A stretch of 35,430 nt of DNA, from the IMG/VR virus record IMGVR_UViG_3300025816_000041, positions 1 through 35,430 of that record; one strand, 5' to 3'. This DNA comes from a virus. Its lineage: Duplodnaviria; Caudoviricetes. Position 1 is the stretch's first letter. Each line of letters starts with the position of its first letter. Below the pieces are notes generated by a model. It was not told the origin of the DNA and made no database searches. It saw only the letters and a list, made by a program, of their open reading frames with translations. Position numbers and translations under genes: made by a program. This document shows, piece after piece, positions 18,801-26,547 of the stretch.

Positions 18801-21541
18801 AGCAGAAGGAACTGGACTTCATTGCAAAAATGGAGTACACCACTGAGCGGGAGGAGAGTGATCGTCAAGCAGCCGAAGAGCCCCAGTCATCCTTGGCTGA
18901 CAAAATTAACTACAATGCGGGTGGAATGAAATCCTATGACGCAAGTCAATTAAGGAGCCTAAACCCCCAGCAGGTAGCCAGTGCCATATCTAGGAAGAAG
19001 CCAGTTAAGATTGCTAAAGCAAAGCCAGCTACACCAGAGCAAATTAAGTCTGGAGCTAAAGCAGCACGCAAGAGTCAGTTAGATAGGTCAACTGCATCAG
19101 TTAATTTTAGAAAGTGGATGGGCAAGGGTCAATTAATTCATGATGACGGTGAGCCCATGGTATTGTACCACGGCACGAAGGGAGAGTTCGATGAGTTTAC
19201 TTCCAAGAAAAATTTAGACCAAGATTCGTCTACACCAAACTGGCTGTACTTTGCAACGAACCCACAGCTAGCTGAGCAGATGGCCGCTCATAAAACTGGC
19301 TACAGAGACGGTAAGGATGCGGACGATAGACTGCAAAAATACTACGAGGAATTTAGTCAGCAAGATAAGAAGGTGGATTACGGAGAGCTCGACAACAATC
19401 TATCCAGATTAACAAGGGAGGATGGCTACGTAAAAGAAAGGACTGGAGTCCTCCCCGAAACATTTGAAAGAAACTTTGCATTGAGCATAATGCCCGTGTA
19501 TCTAAATGCTAAGAATGTTTGGGATCCAACAAACCCAGATCACGTAAGTAAGCTAATGGCTAAGCTTCGTAAGAACAAAGAGTGGGAAGGTGACTACGGC
19601 TATACCCAAGAGGAAATAGCTTCTGGTGAGTTTAGGTTCATCGAGAACGCGATAACCACAAAGGCACTTAGTGACCTTGGGTTTGATGGTGCAATGCTGA
19701 TGGAGACCAAGGCAGATGGCCTAAGCACTATAGCAATTTGGGACAAAAATGGGGTAAAGTCAGCCACTGGGAACAATGGTGAGTATAGCTTAAAGGATAA
19801 TAACATTCGCCGCCAGAAACCCAGAACAGCAAGTGACGAGGAGATGGCACGCGGGCTGTCCAATGATGGTATGAGAATCTTGCAGAAGTATGGCATGACC
19901 GAGGACTATAAGGGCGTTCGCAGTGTACTTGATCGAATCAAGGGTGAGTATGAGGATTTGGGTTTAGACAAGAACTTCATTGAGAATTATTTCCCAAGGT
20001 TAGTCCAAGATTTAAATGGACTCAAAGCTTCCTACGGTCAGAAGACTGGTATTGTTGACCAAGAGATTCGACGCTACGAGAAGACAACGGGGCAAACCCT
20101 ATCGGACATTGAGCGTCAAATGATGTTTGAGAAGCTAGCTAGATCCAATATGTATCGCAGTGGCTTGAGTGCTCCAAGCAACATGAAGGAGCGGATTACG
20201 GACTTTATCGATGAGCCCCAAATGAAATACTACGCTGATCCAGAAGTAGCATTAGATAACTACATAGATAAGATGGTTAATGCCATCGAGACAAAGAGGC
20301 TCATTGGGGACTCTGCGTCTGGCAAGACACAGGGTGCTGATCCAGTGGCTGGTAGGTTGGGTGAGGTTATGGACAAGATGGCCAGTGAGGGAAGGCTGCG
20401 GGACGATCAGATTAACCTCATTCGGGGTGCTATAGATGCACGATTCGGGAGCCACGGTGCTCAGTATGGATTTATTAAGGGAGCCAAGAACATGGGCTAC
20501 CTAGCTACGATGGGTAATGTGGGATCAACTCTCACTCAGTTGGGTGACTTTTACTTTACGATGGTTCAGAATGGCTTGATCCCCACGGTGGAAGCCGCAC
20601 TGGGACGCAAGGATCTTACAGTTGAGGACTTGGGCATAGCCAAGAATATGGTTGAGATTGATAGCAAGCAGGGTGGTGGTATGTTCTCCAATAGCGTGAA
20701 TAATGTCTTTAAATGGACGGGTTTAACGGCAATGGATCGCCTTGCTAAGAACACAAACATTAATGCCACGCACAAAGTTCTAACCAAGGGTGCTAAAGCT
20801 GGACAGAACACCAATAGCTACAAGAAAACCCTAGCTAGGCTCAAGAGGGTGCAGGGAAATGATGCATACAAGACAATAGCTGACCTAAAAAATGGTGTAA
20901 AGAGTGAGTACGTTATCGAGGCTATATACAATAATCTTGCTGATGTAGCACCCATATCTCTTACCGAGATGCCAGAAGCCTATGCGGGAAATCCAAACCT
21001 TCGCATTATGTATAGCCTAAAGTCCTATACCATTAAGCAGTTTAACTTTGTTCGTGAGCGAGTATGGACAAAGTTAATGCAGGGCATTGCCACCAAAAAT
21101 CCAAAGATGATTGGAGAGGCATCCACTGATATGATGAAAATCTTAGCCTTTTCTACCCTAGCTAATGGTAGCTCAGATGTTCTTAAGTCGATTATATTCA
21201 ACCGAGAGATCGATGAGGAGGACTTCATGTGGAATACACTCCTAAGAATCTTTGGCATTACCAAGTACACAACTGTTCAAGTTAGAAAAGAGGGTCTTGG
21301 TACGGCTGCACTGAAAACAATTGCACCACCCCAATTCGGGATGATGAGTGATGTATTCAAGGATGCACAGGAGATGGAGAGAATCCAAGATATGCGTAGC
21401 GTTAAGTACGTGCCATTCGTTGGTAAGCTATACTATTGGGCAGAGGGTCGCGGTGTTGAGATCGAGGAAAAGTTATCTCGACTCAGAGAAAAACCGTTGT
21501 ATCAGGAGGTAACTTATCCCGATCCACCGAGACAGAAGTAG
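15818..21541 (+). CDS. Giant internal virion (polyvalent) protein with zincin-like metallopeptidase and ADP-ribosyltransferase-like domains
   Basis: 1907 aa; N-terminal Gly/Ala-rich helices (GEAATE..Q); VAHEYFH...EEFLA at ~17345-17535; PMVLYHGT..F..F...YFAT...IMPVYL...GFDG...VKSATGNNGEY at ~19150-19790. Confidence 0.75.
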   Translation: MANKARIISEEELNELYPKNESKSKNSARIISEQELEDYTRTKSLSELNETATIGDYLRAVPATGVDIAAGAAEGVASAIGEFTGDYDLARSISETRTDINDAIMGDAPDSVKSDFAYKVASGLGSTIPYLGAALLARKPSLLAKVGANGFFLASAGQQVRDDYLGTQGVTSETATDEQMSESNKVGAIGAIPIAMAEKLGAGVILGAFKGGAIPAGQVMQRISQYAMAGAGEAATEVAQSGIINSIASYVGKYDPERPITQGMAESALIGFLVGGGVNAGIDTVERAVTQADRLQAGVKDGSINAKDVIDEDIGSKFAAIAMENDGVPEADGYREAQITDPKGMSNFISKTLTPLSQRLGRAGKEVVREFRRYEMNTGLKLKEFKDATSPFSKKMLELKKKSPEDYKILSQALANANELSAPLPSSVQKDLEQKAQLQPEVTRSASEQLLDTTNENAQTINEQIGLARKALESSGLKTRIQVVESGNSYYDPSTNTIAISATEADTTTVAHEYFHAVLGQAVKTDVELQSMTRNMFDSVIRATVSGSSINEQLKGFVSQYDSNVQNEEFLAQTVGELASQYETLDVNTRTRIKVWINQVMQKLGVSSVFKEAETDAEVIDQLNAFARFSGSAEGLTGVMSSSQASQLSNGEITGMGSPVRGTRFQQADYSEMQDNIFPDKPLPLSLITKKNKIDISAIMDDVINNNKRVAFFAADQLGVGKNGDFDLDGGPSFAFTKKGVFWMSGSKDKLDNSTAMNKYAEESDYIFVFSGSATMHTFNKSVFNGFAKSMKSKYKTYDAFRDAFIEGIGSNPNKEAKAVIDNLNRYKSFDSFRDEGDGSPPPRKGLLNYIDKFSQKTNDTPTRQFLRGLNLDLDSLRDNFYKENDYGWLDLMVVGKPKGKTKKGDFHSTYADQFMGETLGVPDKKVNLKDLLSVDEYNKLISKFVADRKRKALKDKSEAFTEDAIEKRMAKYKQEVSQLKRIANDPQAQADRIQQKELDFIAKMEYTTEREESDRQAAEEPQSSLADKINYNAGGMKSYDASQLRSLNPQQVASAISRKKPVKIAKAKPATPEQIKSGAKAARKSQLDRSTASVNFRKWMGKGQLIHDDGEPMVLYHGTKGEFDEFTSKKNLDQDSSTPNWLYFATNPQLAEQMAAHKTGYRDGKDADDRLQKYYEEFSQQDKKVDYGELDNNLSRLTREDGYVKERTGVLPETFERNFALSIMPVYLNAKNVWDPTNPDHVSKLMAKLRKNKEWEGDYGYTQEEIASGEFRFIENAITTKALSDLGFDGAMLMETKADGLSTIAIWDKNGVKSATGNNGEYSLKDNNIRRQKPRTASDEEMARGLSNDGMRILQKYGMTEDYKGVRSVLDRIKGEYEDLGLDKNFIENYFPRLVQDLNGLKASYGQKTGIVDQEIRRYEKTTGQTLSDIERQMMFEKLARSNMYRSGLSAPSNMKERITDFIDEPQMKYYADPEVALDNYIDKMVNAIETKRLIGDSASGKTQGADPVAGRLGEVMDKMASEGRLRDDQINLIRGAIDARFGSHGAQYGFIKGAKNMGYLATMGNVGSTLTQLGDFYFTMVQNGLIPTVEAALGRKDLTVEDLGIAKNMVEIDSKQGGGMFSNSVNNVFKWTGLTAMDRLAKNTNINATHKVLTKGAKAGQNTNSYKKTLARLKRVQGNDAYKTIADLKNGVKSEYVIEAIYNNLADVAPISLTEMPEAYAGNPNLRIMYSLKSYTIKQFNFVRERVWTKLMQGIATKNPKMIGEASTDMMKILAFSTLANGSSDVLKSIIFNREIDEEDFMWNTLLRIFGITKYTTVQVRKEGLGTAALKTIAPPQFGMMSDVFKDAQEMERIQDMRSVKYVPFVGKLYYWAEGRGVEIEEKLSRLREKPLYQEVTYPDPPRQK

Positions 21542-22040
21542 AGTCCGACGCATTCTTGCTAACTAATATATAGGGTATCTTGTATAGGTCATCTGGATGA
21601 ATCTTGGATAGTAGGTCATCCCTGCCGTATTTCTTTCTTGAGTACATCTTATACATACAAGCTTTGGGGGAGCTAACATGAGCATCCTTATCTACCAAGC
21701 TATCTACTAGTTTGATCAAATCCTCCTTGCATACAATCTGAAACTCATCCCTTCGCTCAAAAGCAAAGTGGGTGGCTTTCCCGTATAGCCAGCCAGCCTT
21801 CCCCGATATGCCCTTGAACTCAATCCACAGGGTTTCTGGGTCTTTTATGGACTTAACATCTACGTCCATTGATACGTTACAACGGAAGTCTATGTGGTCA
21901 AACTGCCCATTGTGCACTCCAGTTAGCTCAATGTTTGAGCCAAAGAAACCATCTATGGATTTCTTGAAGTTACTTTCAGCGGTTGCCCCCTGCTCGCTGG
22001 CTCTGCCAGTTCTATCCATTTCGTTTCTATATGATTTCAT
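21483..22040 (-). CDS. PD-(D/E)xK-like nuclease-fold protein
   Basis: G..AE..F, HIDF...DVK and W.E...GWL motifs. Confidence 0.6.
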   Translation of the reverse strand: MKSYRNEMDRTGRASEQGATAESNFKKSIDGFFGSNIELTGVHNGQFDHIDFRCNVSMDVDVKSIKDPETLWIEFKGISGKAGWLYGKATHFAFERRDEFQIVCKEDLIKLVDSLVDKDAHVSSPKACMYKMYSRKKYGRDDLLSKIHPDDLYKIPYILVSKNASDSTSVSVDRDKLPPDTTVFL

Positions 22041-22043
22041 TTG

Positions 22044-22083
22044 AAAAATGCCTCCCCACCTAGTATTAGCTAAGTGAGGAGGT
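22044..22083 (-). terminator. Terminator-like hairpin immediately upstream of the nuclease gene
   Basis: Minus strand CCTCCTCACTTAG-CTAATA-CTAGGTGGGGAGG (13 bp; its two U.G pairs work only on this strand), then CATTTTT. Confidence 0.6.
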
Positions 22084-22092
22084 TGTGTTTTC

Positions 22093-22166
22093 TCATCGGA
22101 TTTAATAAAGGAGGGAGAGAACGAAAACCCACCTTGCCAAAGATTGCTCGCTTGGCTTACCGATAA
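22093..22166 (-). ncRNA. Candidate three-way-junction structured RNA
   Basis: Outer stem TTATCGG/CCGATGA encloses hairpins GCCAAG/CTTTGGC and AAGGTGGG/CCCTCCTT; intergenic. Confidence 0.35.
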
Positions 22167-22167
22167 A

Positions 22168-22392
22168 CTATTTATTCCTAGAACGGTTTACTGCTTTTGA
22201 TTGAATACGGAGATTTCCACGTGAGGTGTTGCGGGGGTTGCGGTCTTTGTGATCGATGTCCTTTCCTAGTAGTTTCATTTTTCCGACGGCTTTCACCATC
22301 TTCCGTCTGGACTTCTTTCGGGCATCGTTACGCTTTCGCTGTTCGGGCTTGCTCTGGTAGTTATCGTATTCTTTTCTATAGTTTCTAGGCAT
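22168..22392 (-). CDS. Small HNH endonuclease-family protein
   Basis: DIDHKDRNPRN....NL......NR motif; basic N-terminus. Confidence 0.75.
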   Translation of the reverse strand: MPRNYRKEYDNYQSKPEQRKRNDARKKSRRKMVKAVGKMKLLGKDIDHKDRNPRNTSRGNLRIQSKAVNRSRNK

Positions 22393-22398
22393 TGTTAA

Positions 22399-22407
22399 AT
22401 TATAACA
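22399..22407 (-). promoter_or_regulatory. Extended -10 element (TGTTATAAT), positioned for a leaderless transcript
   Basis: TATAAT lies 6 nt before the ATG at 22392. Confidence 0.55.
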
Positions 22408-22439
22408 TGGATTGTTTATATTCCATGGATTTTGTCAAG

Positions 22440-22637
22440 CTATTCCTTCTCTATGCTATCAACTAGAACACGCTCCTGTAGTCTAGCTATCTTCTTCTTG
22501 AGCCCCTCAATGTCCTTATTTAGTTCCTCGTTTTGCTTACTTAAAACATCGCAGGATCTAGTCATTGCATTGAGTCCACGAACTAGAACGGATTCTGTGT
22601 CTGGCTTAAATATTTGAACTGGTTTTTTATCGGTCAT
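22440..22637 (-). CDS. Hypothetical coiled-coil protein
   Basis: 65 aa with a heptad pattern; ATGA overlap with the upstream ORF. Confidence 0.65.
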   Translation of the reverse strand: MTDKKPVQIFKPDTESVLVRGLNAMTRSCDVLSKQNEELNKDIEGLKKKIARLQERVLVDSIEKE

Positions 22638-22789
22638 AGTGAGTTTGTTGGTTCCTTATTTAGTGCGGCTATTGCCTGTTTTAGTTGGTTGTTCTCCTCC
22701 TGTAGTCGAAGGTTCTCATTCTTAATGTAGGCGAAGTCCTCCTTTATTGCAAGAAGTATATCGCTTAGTTCTCTTATTGTTGTTACCAT
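22634..22789 (-). CDS. Hypothetical coiled-coil protein (51 aa; not in ORF track)
   Basis: MVTTIRELSDILLAIKEDFAYIKNENLRLQEENNQLKQAIAALNKEPTNSL; A/C-rich leader; ATGA coupling to the next gene. Confidence 0.6.
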   Translation of the reverse strand: MVTTIRELSDILLAIKEDFAYIKNENLRLQEENNQLKQAIAALNKEPTNSL

Positions 22790-22861
22790 AGGTGTTTTGG
22801 TTGTGATTTATACGTGATTCACTCTATATCTTTTGTTCCTCTGTTGGTTTAATATAGAGGG

Positions 22862-23128
22862 ATGAAAATACTATTACTCGTCCTATCTACCCTAATTCCA
22901 TCAATTTCATTAGCCGATCCAGCAGTAAAAATTTTATGCGATCACGGGCTAACGCACTCCGTCGCAAAAGTTAAAACGCTTTACGCAAATGTTGGGGATC
23001 ATATTTTTTATAAGGAGACAAAGGCATCCAACGGGATGCTGTTGCTCACTGATGGAGGAGTTGATAAGTTCAAAGAAGGTGAAGTAAGTAATCGTGTGGT
23101 AGTTGCGGTTGTAAAGAATTATTCATAG
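22862..23128 (+). CDS. Small exported protein with signal peptide, opposite strand to its neighbours
   Basis: MKILLLVLSTLIPSISLA/D signal-peptide pattern; fills the gap between minus-strand genes. Confidence 0.55.
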   Translation: MKILLLVLSTLIPSISLADPAVKILCDHGLTHSVAKVKTLYANVGDHIFYKETKASNGMLLLTDGGVDKFKEGEVSNRVVVAVVKNYS

Positions 23129-23146
23129 GAATGTCCATAGTGATCG

Positions 23147-24463
23147 CTACTGAAAGCGTCCGATGTGATTGATAAACTTGAAGCGTCCCTTTAGATCACG
23201 CTCGCCCTCTCGGTTCTTGGCTACGTTGTAGTCCATCTCTAGGTAGCTAACCCCATTTGGATCAATGGTTCTACAAGTGTCAATGTCACCACCCTTTGGC
23301 CACATCAGTAGAGCTATGTCCGCGTCATTCTCAATATCCCCAGAGTCCTTTAGGTCGTAGAGAACTAGCCCAGAATCCCGCATAGCACCAGTCCTGTTAA
23401 TCTGAGCTAAGAGAATTACGGCTACGTCCAACTCCATTGCCATCTGCTTAACGCCGTGTGATGCCTGTGAGATGCCCTCATGCTTACTCATCTTTGGGTT
23501 GAATGGTATTAGTTGCAAGTAATCCACCACGATAATTTTTATGTCGTGCTTTCTTTTGAGTGACCTAGCCTTCGAGCGAAGATCGTCGATACCACGGACA
23601 TGGTGAACAGTGTAAATTGGAGCCTCACCAATCTTATCAATAGCGTTGTCCACTAGGGTGGATTCGTGGGGAGTAATAGTCTTATCTACATATTTCTTTA
23701 GATTAACAGCGGAGCAGGTTTGAGTCATCCTCTTGGTTAATTGCTCTGCTGGCATCTCAAAACTAAAGATAGCTGATGGTATGTTACTCGATATAGAGTT
23801 CCTAAGAACAAAGTTCAAAGCCAACTGGGATTTTCCACATGAAGTTGGTGCGGCTATAACGCACACTTCTCCCTGTGCGATGCCGCCCTCATCGAGCTTG
23901 TCATCCAAGTGCGGTATACCAGTGGATATTTTCTTTGATACGTAAGTCCCGTCACTAATGCTATGTAGCCTCTTCTTTAGATCGCAAGCCGCAGTGGACA
24001 ATGTGTTGTCGGATTCTTTACTTGAATCCATAATTTTACGAATTTCTGCCTCAGTCTTTGAAGCTACGTCAGTGGAGTCCACGTTTTCATTCAAGGATTC
24101 CAACTGCATTCTATAGTGCCTAGATAATTGCCTAGCCCTGCTCTTACCTAGAACAATTTTTGCAGCAGCACGCCCAGCCAGCGGAGTGCACGGGGAGTCC
24201 ATTAGTGTCATAATACGAATAACACCACCCACATCATCCAGCATATTATTACTGCGAAGCTGGTTAGCTACGTTTACCTCATTTACTTCATCATTATTGT
24301 TAATAACTTTGCCAATGCTACTGAATATAGCCGAGTTCTTCCCACTGGAGAAGTCATCCTTGGTTATAATATCCGATAGCTCATCGTATAATGATCCATC
24401 TGATTCTGATATGCAGCTTGCTAATACGGATTCCTCTGCCTCGATTGCGTTTAGTTCGTTCAT
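23147..24463 (-). CDS. dnaB: Replicative DNA helicase DnaB
   Basis: EAEESVL N-terminus, Walker A AAPTSCGKS, FSFEM, VVDYLQL, LAQINR, LKDSGDIENDAD, KNREG. Confidence 0.95.
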   Translation of the reverse strand: MNELNAIEAEESVLASCISESDGSLYDELSDIITKDDFSSGKNSAIFSSIGKVINNNDEVNEVNVANQLRSNNMLDDVGGVIRIMTLMDSPCTPLAGRAAAKIVLGKSRARQLSRHYRMQLESLNENVDSTDVASKTEAEIRKIMDSSKESDNTLSTAACDLKKRLHSISDGTYVSKKISTGIPHLDDKLDEGGIAQGEVCVIAAPTSCGKSQLALNFVLRNSISSNIPSAIFSFEMPAEQLTKRMTQTCSAVNLKKYVDKTITPHESTLVDNAIDKIGEAPIYTVHHVRGIDDLRSKARSLKRKHDIKIIVVDYLQLIPFNPKMSKHEGISQASHGVKQMAMELDVAVILLAQINRTGAMRDSGLVLYDLKDSGDIENDADIALLMWPKGGDIDTCRTIDPNGVSYLEMDYNVAKNREGERDLKGRFKFINHIGRFQ

Positions 24464-24491
24464 GGTATTTTATTGGGGTTTAGTTTTATAA

Positions 24492-24806
24492 CTATTTGTT
24501 TTTATATTTATTCCTTATTTGTCTGATTGCTGAAATGGATACCTTTAAATGATCCGATAGTAGTGCCGCTGGAATATCAATGCTCTTTTCAATTATGTTA
24601 CGAGTTTTTTCTGAGATTTTTGAGTATGGTCTGTAGTTGGATTGTATGTAATCCTCAACACAGATCTCCTGTATTAACCCAGTGCGTTTTGCACGTATGA
24701 TATCCCTGCGTGCCATCTTCCAGAAGTTCTTGCGGATATCCTTATCACCGTCCTCCGAGAACTCTCTGTCGTATGCTTCCCTGTAGTTATCAATGTAATC
24801 CTTCAT
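24492..24806 (-). CDS. Hypothetical protein, possible C-terminal HTH (104 aa)
   Basis: Start taken at MKDYIDNY (ATG 24806), just after the upstream stop; C-terminal AALLSDHLKVSISAIRQIR looks HTH-like. Confidence 0.6.
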   Translation of the reverse strand: MKDYIDNYREAYDREFSEDGDKDIRKNFWKMARRDIIRAKRTGLIQEICVEDYIQSNYRPYSKISEKTRNIIEKSIDIPAALLSDHLKVSISAIRQIRNKYKNK

Positions 24807-24807
24807 A

Positions 24808-25167
24808 TTAAATGTCGTTAAGTTCCTCTGGTAATAGTCCCAAGTCAATCCTTCTTTTTGTTTCCTGCCAGCAAGCGATGTTCCAAAGAACAGCACCGAA
24901 GTGATCCTCGTCTGTCTTTTGATCACACAATGCCCATAGGTGTCGGTTTGCGGCATCACAGTATCGTGAGAGCGGAATGCCCTTCTGCCAGTTATCCCTG
25001 CCGTATTTAATAGCTCCGTCCTCAAAGCGTTTAGCTAGGGATTTAAGAGCACACGTTGGGATTAGGGATGGAAGTCCTTTGCCCATCATTGCGTCCCTAA
25101 CTGCACCTGTATTAAAGTTTGTCATTTTACCACTTGATGGTAATGTAGATATATCTGATGAAATCAT
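24808..25167 (-). CDS. dATP/dGTP diphosphohydrolase domain protein (DUF5664-like)
   Basis: F.TGAVRD...GK....LIP, GA.KYG..NWQKGIP, RHL and EDH..A..WN motifs. Confidence 0.8.
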   Translation of the reverse strand: MISSDISTLPSSGKMTNFNTGAVRDAMMGKGLPSLIPTCALKSLAKRFEDGAIKYGRDNWQKGIPLSRYCDAANRHLWALCDQKTDEDHFGAVLWNIACWQETKRRIDLGLLPEELNDI

Positions 25168-25193
25168 TATTCTTTATATTTAATTGTTGTTGT

Positions 25194-25228
25194 AAAAAGG
25201 GGCGGGGAATACCAAAACCCCGCCCCTT
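25194..25228 (-). terminator. Intrinsic terminator
   Basis: AAGGGGCGGGG/CCCCGCCCCTT stem with a minus-strand T5 tract. Confidence 0.75.
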
Positions 25229-25258
25229 AGTTACTACGCCTCTACTACCCCTAGCAGA

Positions 25259-25480
25259 TTATTCAAAGGGTGATTCGCTAGCTACAGCCTCCTTGGGCTC
25301 CTTTAGCTTAACTGAAAGCGAATAGAACGGAACACCCGCCTTGGATTCCTTCTTCCAAGCGTTGATGTAATATTCAGTGCCGCCCACATCGATTGTGCCA
25401 CCCAAGTCTGGATGGGTTTCAGTTTTCTTGCGGTCGTTTTTAAACATAGCTCCGCGATTTGTGTTATCGTATTTTTCCAT
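25259..25480 (-). CDS. Small putative ssDNA-binding-like protein (DUF736-like)
   Basis: YDNTNRG..FKN..K....PD..G.I...G..Y....W motif; acidic/aromatic SPFE tail; adjacent to ERF. Confidence 0.6.
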   Translation of the reverse strand: MEKYDNTNRGAMFKNDRKKTETHPDLGGTIDVGGTEYYINAWKKESKAGVPFYSLSVKLKEPKEAVASESPFE

Positions 25481-25492
25481 TTTTCTAGTTCC

Positions 25493-25936
25493 CTATATTA
25501 GGTTGTTGTTTGTAGCTGCCTTGCTGGTAGCTTGAGAGTCTTTTCCGTGCTTGTTTGTAGCATCCGCGTCTTTACAGTCGTCGATACAAAGCAGTCCATT
25601 GAGAGCATACTTTCGAGCATAGGATGAGGAGCTACCAGTAATTTGGCTTTCGTCCATACCTTTTTTTGTTTCTGCTTCACGAGCAAACCCCACGGAGTCA
25701 GCGATTCTTGTGCCGTCGCTCAATAACATTGCAATCGATTTTACATATACACGACCCTCAATGCTTACGACATCATCGCTAACAATTAACGCACAATTGT
25801 GCTTTTTAAGTAAAGGCTTTACAGCCTCTAAAATATCTTCGGCACTGCGGTATGCGTAGTTGCCAAAGTTATTGCGTTGTCCCTTGGGAGCTTTTAACTC
25901 CGTTTGGATTTCTGATAGTATGTTTTTATTTTCCAT
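25493..25936 (-). CDS. erf: ERF-family single-strand annealing protein
   Basis: IQ.ELKAPKGQ.N.FG.Y.YRSAEDILEAVKPLL and Q.TGS.SSYARKYAL.GL..IDD.KDAD. Confidence 0.9.
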   Translation of the reverse strand: MENKNILSEIQTELKAPKGQRNNFGNYAYRSAEDILEAVKPLLKKHNCALIVSDDVVSIEGRVYVKSIAMLLSDGTRIADSVGFAREAETKKGMDESQITGSSSSYARKYALNGLLCIDDCKDADATNKHGKDSQATSKAATNNNLI

Positions 25937-26366
25937 TAGTAATAAGTTTACGATATAAAGATGTTCTCTGTTTTGAGTTAGTGCAAGCTTTTATTTCACT
26001 TTTTTTCGCTTTTAGCATTTTTAATGCAAACACCTGATCCTCAAGAACTAAGCGATTAAACCTAGACGCTAATTGCTTTAATCCCACTGGATGAAGGTAA
26101 TCTGTATCACCTTGATCCAAGTAATCCGCAATGTTTCTTAGCACTTCCGATAAGCTCAATTCGGAGCTTGTGCCGAAGCGTCTAAAGCTATTCTCAACAC
26201 GACCCAAGAAGGTGTTGCCCTCCATTGATATAACTCCGCGAACCATACCACTCACATGATTGTGATCCACACAGGGATTAAAGCATCCAGTCTTCATCAC
26301 TGGACACTCCTTTGGTAGATTCTCGTTTCGGTATTGGGCTAATTGGGAATGCTTTAGATACTTCAT
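25926..26366 (-). CDS. Endonuclease VII-like Holliday junction resolvase
   Basis: CVDHNH.SG.VRGV.....N..LG.VEN and YL......HP motifs. Confidence 0.8.
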   Translation of the reverse strand: MKYLKHSQLAQYRNENLPKECPVMKTGCFNPCVDHNHVSGMVRGVISMEGNTFLGRVENSFRRFGTSSELSLSEVLRNIADYLDQGDTDYLHPVGLKQLASRFNRLVLEDQVFALKMLKAKKSEIKACTNSKQRTSLYRKLITNGK

Positions 26367-26547
26367 GTTTTTCTATATCGGTTATTGTTATGATTAGGTT
26401 ACGCTTAGTCGCCATAGTAGTTTCTTTGCCTTTTCTGGCTTTGCCAAAAGCAAACTTGATGGCGTTCGCCTCCGAGTTAGCTATCTTCCAAGTCCCGTGA
26501 ACAAAGTCCCTACCGAACTCCCTATACTTTATTAGATAAGCTTTCAC
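26278..26547 (-). CDS. Hypothetical protein
   Basis: Fills the gap between exonuclease and endo VII; GTG at 26547 overlaps the upstream TAG; 3' end overlaps endo VII by 89 bp. Confidence 0.5.
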   Translation of the reverse strand: MKAYLIKYREFGRDFVHGTWKIANSEANAIKFAFGKARKGKETTMATKRNLIITITDIEKHEVSKAFPISPIPKRESTKGVSSDEDWML

